Positions 50,808 to 61,200 of a DNA stretch of 64,000 nt are shown here, in pieces. The notes below the pieces were generated by a model. The model was given only the letters and a program-made list of their open reading frames with translations. It was not told the DNA's origin and searched no databases. The position numbers were made by a program, and so were the translations under genes. How positions within the stretch are numbered: the stretch's first letter is position 1; each line of letters opens with the position of its first letter. This DNA comes from Takakia lepidozioides (lineage: Eukaryota; Plantae; Bryophyta): the NCBI GenBank assembly GCA_030704615.1, contig CM060734.1, positions 18,600,001-18,664,000 of the forward strand. The letters are read 5' to 3'.

Positions 50808-52416
50808 AACGTTCACTCAAGTCAATGCACAATGGCCTGACACTGATGTGATGAGGAAAGAACTTGATGATCTCCAGGTGTACTCTCTCTCCCTCCCTCT
50901 CTCTTTCAGCCCAGACAACATTGTTCCCCCTCACTTCTGTTCACCAACTTTGAAAATCTTGAGGTTGGGCCTAAAGGCTTGGTCCTGTTGGGGTCTAATC
51001 GCCTGGCAGGTCACAGACAACAGGTTGATGCTTGTGTGATGGGCTTTCTAGAGGATACCAGGAAAACTTGAACTAATTGTCTTTATCAAGGTATGTCATA
51101 CTTCCGGAGGGAGCCCCTCACAAAAGTAGTGTCTGCTCCCTTTTTTCTGCCCAAACTGGGCTGGGGTTCTATGGCCACAAGGCTACGGCAAACACCGTCT
51201 TATGAGTACATTCTCACTTTAGGAGGTTGGACTCTGCTTGTTGTAAGAGACTTGAGGCACACAAATGATGATAGCCAGATTTAGCGCCTCCTAAAGACTT
51301 GAATTTGTGAGTAAGCACTTTGTCATTGTCAGGCACCTGATAGGACTGGGCAAACTTTGTAATGGCACTCCAACACAGTCGATTAGCAAAGATTGACACC
51401 GAGGTTGATGGTTTGCTGGTTCCACAATCTGAACCCAAGATCAATCTGGTGTGAAGAAGTGTTTAATCACAGGGTTATGTGCGGCAAGGTTGGACACTTG
51501 GCAGTATATGTGGATTACAAGTTTTTTCTGCAGCCTGTTACTTCATCTGTATCTTAAGACAACTCTGTTTTTCTTACATGCATGCTGACATGGAAGCATG
51601 TTGGTGGGTTCACTTGGTTGGATTTTTCCACTGCAGATCTTCCTGAGCACGAGATGGACAATACTACTCAACCTGCAGGCTGAAATATTTCGAGTGAATG
51701 GAAATCCTTTTTTTACTTCTTATTCCTTACCAGTTGGAAATGAAATAACGCTTAGCTTAGAAGTGGAAATGCCCAAGCAAGCCAATATCAACACTCTCAA
51801 TTGACCATCCCTGGGAGTGAAAGGGCAGAGTCCATTTGGGGTTCCAGAGTTGTTGTGGCGTTTCAGTGCGCTAGGGTATATGTCCATCCAACATCACCAT
51901 AGTGCTTGTGCTCGGGGAGGAGAGTCCAGCTACAGGGTATGGAGAGTTATGTATACAGTGGCACTGATATCATACTAGAAAGAATGCAACACTGCTGCCC
52001 TTGCCCCTAGCTTGAAGCAAATACAACAAATGTGTATGGCTTGTACATACCTTTGACATGCTTTCGCGGGTATTGGGATTCCAGCCGGTTGTGGGAATGA
52101 GTTAAAAGAAAGAGGAATGTCATCTACATACAATGGACTGATAGGCATGAACCCAGTGATTTTGTTTGTCATCTCCCTCCAACCAGTGGTGAAACTTAAC
52201 CCATCTTTCAAACTGTACAGTGTGGAGGACATTATTCAAGTCCTCATACTTTTCTGCCTGGAGTCACTTGAGTCAGACCGTGTTCTACTCTACTCTGAAA
52301 GGCATGCCCTTTTACGAGTATTGCCGGTGCTAGTGGTTCTTGCCACATCAGGTGAAAAGGAAGGCGAATCGGTCTTTAAGAAAATCAAAATCCCCCGGCT
52401 CATCAACATCTTCAAG
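50808..52416 (+). pseudogene. PIR: Captured three-exon PIR/SRA1 fragment, right-arm copy; exons 50808-50877, 51637-51701, 52221-52416
   Basis: Translation identical to the left-arm copy. Confidence 0.9.
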
Positions 52417-54528
52417 GTCAAACATTTGATCTTTTGGGGGCGAATTGTTCTGTTTGATCTGGGAAGTGCATCATTTGTCTAGTTGGCATGCACTTGTTGA
52501 TTGGATGTGTTTGAAGAAATGTCGGAAGATTGCAGTATTTCCTTTTGTAAAAGAGCCCATTCTATGTATGTGCAGTGAGGGAAAGAGAGAGAAATTGAAA
52601 GGATTGTCCTATGAACAATTTGTTCTATTTCCTTAGTTGTGAAAGGTGCCTCTGCATGTTTAGGGAAAGGTGCCTTTGCTCGATGTTATGTTCACACAGC
52701 TGGGCTGGTTTGATATGAATGCGTGTGGGTTGCAGGCAGGTGCGTTGCATGTGGAGCGCTTGGAATTCAGCGATCATTACCATCTTATATGGAGGTCCTT
52801 GCATTCAATCAGTTGAGTTCAGGTTGAAGCGAGGCATTGTTTACAGGGGTTGATTAGAGAAGGTTAAGTGTTGCAGGGAGGTATCAATGCAGCCTTGGGG
52901 TTTAAGACAGGGGATGACTAGAGCGAGCATGTGTACGATATAGTCCATGAAAAGCTTTCAGCAAAGTCAGCAAAGGCCTTCAAAGCGAAGATTGACAACG
53001 ACTAATGTGTGAACATGTAGGTCCTGCTGCAATCTATGCAATTTTTGACAGATTTTTTTCATGCTTTGGTTGAACAAGCAAAGTAATAGATTAACACCCT
53101 ACTAGAATGCTGCATGGTTTTGTCCAGGAAAGGTGACCCCAGAAGTTGTGAGTGCAACAGTTGAATCCCTTCGGGTCGTACATAACTCCGACATACTTCA
53201 TGGAAGTTGGGTTTGGGCAGTAATCAGTTTTGCTGCTGGTTGCCATTGAGATGATTTCAGGCCCTTTGGTTTTCTCCATTCAAGATGCCTGTTGTGCAGG
53301 TCCAAGTTTTTGTGGAAGGGCCGAGAAAACTTGTAGTAGATGGCATGAAGACAATTCGAACAAATCGAAGGGAAACCAACCTCGAGCTGTGGATGAATTG
53401 GTTATAATAGAACACCGCATCGCTGATCCTTGGTCAAAATTTATCAATCCTAATTGAAATCAATGGAACTTAGTAAAAGGGTGTTGGCGAAGACCATGGC
53501 AGGCAGGCTTATAACCCTGGCTCTCTTCAAGTCACGCGGGCAGGTGTATCCGGGTGGTAGACAAGCCAAGGAGCTGGTGGACTTGAGAGCACTTTCAAGT
53601 CTATCGACTAGGACAGACTGTAGGTAGGAGTAATTACATAGACTGGCTTGCAGAAGCAGCTAAGTATTTGTCTTTCATATGGCATTCTGTTGCTCGGTGT
53701 CCAACGGTCCCGCATTTATGACACCATGTTGCGTTTCTTGTGCTACTGGTCGATTGGCCGGACTCTTTGTTCTGGATGTCAAAAGTGGCCAAGAAATGGT
53801 TGGCTGGACTGCCGGAGATTCGGTCTCTGCAAATGCTACCTCCTTCTCCTTGGGATGGGTATCCTCTTCCTCCCTAAGTACAGTTTCCGCCACCTTTCGT
53901 GCGTCTGACTTCATGACTTTAAAGTTCAGATCTTCCTGTTCTAATGCCGATGTGGCTGACTCCGACGCCACATACCCAGGGCCTTTCCCGAGGCTGGTGG
54001 ACGCAGTTATAGGATGTCATGCACACACAACTGCTGCACCCGGAGCCCTAGGGATGTCATGTGTGAATTGAGAAATACCCTATTCAATATATTATATGTA
54101 ACCGCCAATGGCATATATATCCGCCAATTTTAGGACACCCTAATCGTCATATTCATAACCGTCAAAATTTGAAGAATTTTGTAAAATAGATAACCGGTGG
54201 ATACTAAAATAAAAAAATTACCCTTATACATAACCATGGAGTGTGTCCATCCCAAAAATATTGAAGTAACCTTAACCGCCGGATATGTAAAATTCTTATA
54301 ACCGGCCAACACTGGTCAAAACGCCTTACTAATCCGGGTATACAGTGTAGTGCTAACCTTGATATATGGTACATATACATATACATACTCACCTCCCAAC
54401 CATCGGTTATCTATTTGCTCTATTTTGCAGAAATACCCTCTATGCGGTTATGTATACCTACTAACCGGGGTGGTAACCGACTCACTAACCAGGGTAGAGT
54501 GCTATACCCGGCCAACCCTGGTCTATAC

Positions 54529-55034
54529 CAGTGTTGGGCGGATATAGAGTCATCAGGATATCAATAATAGGATACCAACCCGGATATCAATGTATCTGGA
54601 TCCGGATCCGGCAACTATTTGATATCCGGCGGATACATAAAACCCGGAGCTCAACCGGATACAAGAAAATCAAATAAAATATTAATATTTTATTAGAATT
54701 TTAATAATTTAAATTGATTAAATGAAATTTAAAAACAATTGCGAGTAAATCTCAATAAAGTTAAATCAGGGCTACAATCCCCCCTGTTTAACAAAAAGTT
54801 ATATTTCATGATTATTTATATCCGGATTACTCTATAACCGCCGGATATTAAAATCTAAATATCCGGACTTATTTATATCGGGCAGATTTTTAAGAACTTA
54901 CACTATGCATAACTGGCGGTTATTAGAAATGCAAATTATTCTAATATCCGGATCCGCAGGATATATCATTCACTAATTTGTCAAGTATCCGGACCCGGCG
55001 GATATTAAAAAAAACTAAGAATCGCCCAACACTG
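54529..55034. mobile_element. 506-bp hAT MITE
   Basis: TIRs CAGTGTTGGGCG / CGCCCAACACTG. TSD GTCTATAC at 54521-54528 and 55035-55042. Many subterminal CGGATA/TATCCG motifs and an AT-rich core. Confidence 0.95.
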
Positions 55035-55068
55035 GTCTATACGTCCAAGGGGATGAGACAAACGGATG

Positions 55069-55077
55069 AAACCCTAA
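55069..55077 (+). promoter_or_regulatory. Telo-box upstream of UTP21
   Basis: AAACCCTAA ~150 bp upstream of the ATG; the motif is typical of plant ribosome-biogenesis promoters. Confidence 0.7.
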
Positions 55078-55222
55078 GGGCTTAATCCCTAAACCCTGGA
55101 GTTTGGAAGGTGTCGTCGTCTGGTGTCGAGGCAAGCAGAGAGTTTACGATCGCCTGTGCACTGGAACATAATCACTGTTTGTTTGGTGGTTTGGTGGTTA
55201 TGTGTGCTGGGGTGGGGGCAGG

Positions 55223-58200
55223 ATGGGGATTTTTGAGCCATTTAGGGCAGTGGGATATATTACAGATGGAACTCCTTTCGCCGTCCAACGCAGAGGCATG
55301 GAGAATTTTGTTACAGTCAGTGTCGGGAAAGCTTGGCAAATTTACAATGTAAATCTCTTCTATCGTTTTCGGATTTCTAGATCTTTTTCAGCTGAGTGTG
55401 TTCTGAAATATGTTGCGTTTTGTACTAATGGCATGTGTTTTCTCTCTGTCGCGGGCTTGTGCAGTGTGCGAAGCTTACACTCGTATTCGTAGGTAAGAAT
55501 CTATCAAATAATGATCTAGCTTATTATTGTGTTGAGCTTATCTTTTACAATACGGAGCTCCTTCCTTCCTCTGTTACTAGGTGTCTTGAACGCACTCGCA
55601 TTTGATGGACAGATTTTTTCTGAGAAGGAGAGGGACTTGTGTGTCCGTGAATGCAATTTTGCCTAGAGCTAGCACTGGGTATGGTAGGCTTGGGGGACTG
55701 TAGATGCAAGACACAAATGAAGCTCTTGCCGAAATGACGCAGGGCCACAATTGCAGAAAAGGATTCGAGCGTTAGCTTCACATCGGGATTTCACTTATGC
55801 TGCGACGGGACGCCACATTGCTGTCTTCAAGCGTGCCCACCAGGTTAGTGTATGGGCACGCCCTTCCCTCCTTTATCCCTGTACAATACGAATCTATCTC
55901 TGGTCCCATGTCCGATCCCCATCTTCTGGCATCTAAGGGCAATCTTTGGCGTGCAGAGGGGAATATCTTGTCAAGTCATTGGACGAACTTGGTTTGGACA
56001 TTGCAAAACCAGTTGGCTGGACTCTTAGGTGGTCACATTCCCATAGAGACACAATTTTTGCCTGGCTTTGCTTCCCTCTTATAAAAACAGTTCAATTGTT
56101 GTAATAAGGAGGAATCTATGGCAACTTATCGGAGTGGGTTCTTCCAAGCCCAAGCTAAAGAAGGTATGGTATTCTTTCAGGGGCAAGTCTTCTTATACTG
56201 TGCGGTAAGGAGCTTCTAGCCACCAATTTTGTTGGCCTGTGCAATGTCAAATGCTAGTAAATGGGTAATTTGCTCTTTGCATTGGGATGTTGATTCTCAC
56301 ACGGTTGTGCAGGTAGCTACTTGGAGTGCACACAGCGGCAAAGTGACACTGCTTCTACCATTCGGGCAGCACATTTTGAGTGTTGGTGCTGACGGGCGTC
56401 TGCTCATATGGGTGGCTGTGGACACTGCGTCAGATGTGCCTGCGGAGCCAGTGGGAGAATTGAAGTTTCGGGACACCTTCACACCCACCTGCATCATGCA
56501 CCCTGATACTTACCTTAACAAAGTAATGTAATAGCTTTCCTCTTTGTCTGTCTGTTGTTGTTTGGATTTGTATGTGCCAATGCAAAGACAGTGCCACAGG
56601 CTAGTTTTGTGTGTTCATAGCCTCCTACCCTTTCGTCTCTCTTCTTCCCTCCATTACACTCGCTTTCTCTGAGCTCACAAATCCATACAGTTTTCAGACA
56701 TTGATGCAGGTGGTTGAAGGTTGCTTGGGGTGGCAGGTTTTAATTGGCAGTGAGGAGGGTTCCTTACAACTCTGGAACATCAGTACCCGCCAAATAGTAT
56801 ATGAATTTAAGGGCTGGTGTTCTCCTGTTCATTGCTGCGGATCTTCTCCAGCCCTTGATACTGTCGGAATTGGATGCAGCGACGGAAGAATCCATATTCA
56901 CAACCTCCGCTATGATGAGACAGTAGTGACTTTCTCTCACACAATCAGAGGGGCAATCACAGCTCTCTCCTTCCGGACAGGTACTATCAAACATTCCTGC
57001 AAATTACATGTGGGAGTGCCATCTTTGAAATTTATGAATCAGTATTAACCACCTTGTTTGATGTGGCATATCCAGATTGCACAAGCTAACCATCCATTGT
57101 GATGGTGATAAGTTCACCATCATGTGTGTCCTTCACTAGTCCATTGTGCTGATGGTAATTCATGTTGGCATCGGTTGCCTTTATCTATGAATGTTGAACA
57201 TCGTGTGAAATAGTTAGATATTATTGCGGAAATAGTTGATATTAATTAAGCCATTGCTTGGTTTTATGCAGATGTTTGTATATTAGGTGGGTGTTGCAGT
57301 AGGATTTCCTGCAATGGTCCTTCTCTCTCTCTTCTTTGTCCCATGAGCTGTATAAAGTCTTCTCTTTCTTTCTCTCTCCCTCCATTAAAGAAAGGTAGTG
57401 TCTGCTCCCTCTTGTTGGACCCAAAGTGGGCATGGGGTCTATGGTCACAAGACTACAGCAAATATCTTATGTGTACTCTCTCTCCATCTTGAGCAGCACT
57501 TAGGCATTCTTTGCTGGTGCTTTTATTTGTATTTTCAGTTCTTGTCTCCGGACATCCTGTATGCCATCTCTTCCATGTATGAGATTGTCATTGGCATGGT
57601 CAAGCGGGGGAATTCTCAGCAGAGGTGCATAGCAACATTGGGGTCAGGCTGCCCCTCTCACCTACCCTTTTCAGGATCTACATTGACACTTTGGAGTACA
57701 TCTCAAAAAACCATGGAGTTGGGGTGCCGTTGGATGGGGGACCACGCAATCAGATCTCCTCTACGCTGATGATGTTGCCCTCTTGGCACAATCTCCTGTC
57801 TTCCTGCAACGCCATGTTCACATCCTGGAAAAGTTCTCCAAAGACTATGGGCTGCAAGTCAATCTTAGCAAAATGAAGATCATGGTTTTTCAAGGGCCAG
57901 CGGACTGCAGATTCATCTTCAACCAAAAGGAAATTGAGATTGTCAAATCATACCGATATCTGGGTCTGGTTATCCACTCCCCCAAATTCCAGTTTGCATC
58001 AACTGCCCTGGACAGATTGACGAAGGGCAAGGCGGCCTCCATCCGCCTTCAGGCCCAATGCAAACAGATGCATCTGCGCCACCCCCAACCAAAAAGTGGC
58101 TATTGTTGTGAGTTCTGGGCACCTGGTGTCCCAGTTTCCTGGTGGGAAAAGAATCTGGAAAACCATTGCAGTCATCTTTCTTCCAAGCAATGCTTGGCGC

Positions 58201-61200
58201 CAGAGGCCAGAAACTCCATCTCACATCCTATGTGCAGAGTTTGCAATGCGTGCCACTTCAAAAGCCGAGGCCCTCTTCCGGCTTACAATCTTTCTTAATA
58301 GGTTACAAGCCCTCCCACCCAAGGGGCTCATGGCAAGAGCCCTATTAGGCTCAAAACAGCAGGTTCAAGCACTCCTGGTGATGCTCGAGTGTGAAGTTTT
58401 TTTGAGCGCAATGGACTCTCTATTGCTTCACTCTTGCCAGAGAATCCAGAAGGGGTGGAAATCACATCCAAACAGGATCGCAGACTCATTAGAAGGGAGC
58501 TTATGGAACTACATGTCAGGAGAACTTGGAAGCTACCCAATCTCGCAACACAAAGCTCCATTTCTCTCTAGAGACATTCTTGGTTCTCCGAGATGATAGA
58601 ATCTTGCGGCCCAATTACCTTTCGGCGCCTTTATCCCCTTCCCTCCTGAGGGCATTGGCGGCGTTCAGGGTGGGCTCCCACAATCTACGGATAGAACTGG
58701 CAGATGGGAAAACCTGCAACGGCATGACCACCTATGCCCAGCTTGCCACCGGCGCAACCAGGAAATTGAAACTGAAGAACACTTCTTCTTTTATTGCCCT
58801 CTATATTACGAGATCCGTGGGAGATTCCACTGTCTCTTCCGCGGAACTCACTCTCTCACTGAAGTCTGTCCACTATGAGGATCAGAAATGCTTGGCAGCT
58901 TACCTGCACGAGGCCTTGACCCTTAGACAATCCCTCGAGCAGTAGTTGCTTTTGGGCTGTTTTTTTCCGGCTCTGGTTTTGTTTCCTCTCTCATGTTTTT
59001 TTTCCATTTTTTCCTATAAGCTCTGTTGGGGTTCCGTGGATGTTATAAAGTACAATTTCATCTCATTTCTTTCTCTGTTTCTCTGTTTACCAACTTTGAA
59101 AGTCTCGAGGCTGAGCCAAAAGCCCAGGCCCTTCTGAGGCCTAGTTTTTGGGCAAATCACACACAGCAGATTGATGCTTGTGTGAAGGGATTTCTAGAGG
59201 ATATCTGAAACCCGAATCAAATTCTATGTATAAAGGTAAGTCTTACTACCAATGTCAGCCCCCTGACAGAGGTAGGTTTCTGTCCCTTTGGTTTCTGCTC
59301 AAACTGGGCGCGGGGTCAATGGCCACAAGGCTACGGCAAACAACGTCTTATGAGTACGTTCTCTGTTTCGCATGAAACATAATTTTGTACATCTCTCATT
59401 CAGTACATCCGTCTCTTCTCTCTTCATAACTGACTCCCCACAAACATTCATGCCTCTTTTCACAGATGGACAGCCTTTCTTGGCAGCTGGAGGGGTGTCT
59501 GGTGTGATCAGCATTTGGAATCTGGAAAAACGGAAAGTGCAGGCAGTTATAAAGGATGCCCATGATTCAGTTGTCTCCTCTCTTCACTTCTTGGCCAATG
59601 AGCCTGTCTTGCTCAGTGCTGCCACTGACAATTCCATAAAGGTTTTTTTCGAGTTCTTTCCTTCCCATCTAAGTTCAATGGCAGTTACTCAACTAGTTTG
59701 AAGTGTGCCCACCCTCCATCTCCTTTTCTCTGGTCAGAATCATCTTTCATGTTTCCTCTTTGTTTGCTACTGAGTCAAGTAATATACAAGATCGGTGAGA
59801 GGTACATGAAGAGTTAATCTCACAGGAAACTTGCTTCTGTAGCCGCTTGGCAGGATTGTGATCAATTGGGGGACTTGTGATCAATTACTACATGAAATAT
59901 TCATGCCTTGAGTGCTGCATTGGGTGCGGGGGGTCAGATGTGGATTTTTGACACTAGTGATGGTGAGGCCCGACTGCTGCGATTTCGAAGCGGCCACAGT
60001 GCACCTCCTACCTGTATAAGGTGCACGCATTGGTTTCTCTACTCCAAGACTACATTGCAGTAAAAAGAACATCGTTATACCAGGTAGTATGTTGCTTGAA
60101 CAGTCAGCCTTAAACATGGGGGTTCTGAATGACTCCTCCCCCATTTCGATAAACAATGTGTTTTGTGATGTCAAGAGATAACCCTGTTATCTGGAGATGT
60201 GCTGCAATGGGCCTATGGCACACAATTGTTGAAAAGTCACATGAATGCTGAGCTTAGTGGGAAGTCTTTTCCTAAAGTCAGAGCTCAACAAAAGTTGTAT
60301 TGTGTATATATTCCCTGGGGTCTTACCCTCATCTAATCTGAAGTATGGTGAGATCAGGTGTCACGGATGTAGGTACTATGGAAATGGGTGGCATATCTTG
60401 TCTGCTGGTCAGGACCGCGCCTTCCGTGTCTTCTCCACAATCCAGGTCTTATGTGCAAGCCTCCTGTTTGACTGCTTGTAACAAAATGAACCAATGCAAT
60501 AATACCAGAGCAGGAGTTTGCAAACTAAGCAAATGCATGCAATTAAAACCTGTTCAAGTGTGGCTAGTTCTAGTTTATCTGCATGGGTCAAGTACTGATC
60601 TTTGTTTGTCTCACTCCACATGTGTAAAGGAAAAATGTTGTTGTGAGATGTTTCTGTAGCCTTGTGGCCATAGACCTCGCACCACGTGTTTAAAGAGTTG
60701 GCAAAGTAGATGGTGTGTGTGGTCACGTTCCTATACTGTCTCAAGCTGAAGGAATGGAATCTTTTCGGAGACTGCACGCTGCTTGCCATAAACTAGTGAG
60801 TATTTTATAGAACATATATGCTGAATTAGTTGGGATTGTATGATTCATGCAGGACCAACAAAGCAGAGAATTATCACAAGGACATATTGTAAAAAGGGCG
60901 AGGAAGATGAAAATTAAGGTCAGCTTCGGTCTAATACATCTTCCTCTCTTTTTACTGCAAGCACACCAGTGCAAAAATTACAACTTGTGGAGTATGTCAA
61001 GTTACAGCAAATGGTCTATTTTGGCCTGAAACGCTTGGACTGCTGTGCACACAAAGCACATTGTAACTGCCCCAAACCAAATGAAACGAGCTCTGTGAAT
61101 TGTTGCAAAGAGAAGCACAACATATAGTCCAGTCGTACCTTATTTCTGTGATTTGTGCCTTGAATGCCTACAATAGATTTCTAATTTCTCAGATCTTGGT

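Larger units (their letters stand above)
42522..54314. repeat. Inverted repeat: arms 42522-47997 and 49178-54314, spacer 47998-49177
   Basis: Mirror-image ORFs translate identically (44684-45049/52117-52482; 46128-46499/50668-51039; 46517-46705/50462-50650). 44069-44394 is absent from the right arm. Confidence 0.98.
42522..54520. mobile_element. 12-kb composite Pack-hAT element with an internal giant inverted repeat
   Basis: TIRs CGGTGTTGGCCGG (42522) and CCGGCCAACCCTG (ending 54520). 8-bp TSD GTCTATAC at 42514-42521 and 54521-54528. Subterminal CGGTTA/TAACCG repeats at both ends. A third, internal TIR ends at 54314. Confidence 0.9.

Noticed and set aside
44750-52416. Two functional PIR/SRA1 genes
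   Set aside because: Only three internal exons are present, with no start or downstream exons, and they are embedded in a TSD-bounded element.
42522-54314. Inverted repeat as a pure assembly or chimeric-read artefact
   Set aside because: The arms differ by substitutions and a 326-bp indel, and the whole is bounded by TIRs and a matching TSD. Long-read confirmation is still advisable.
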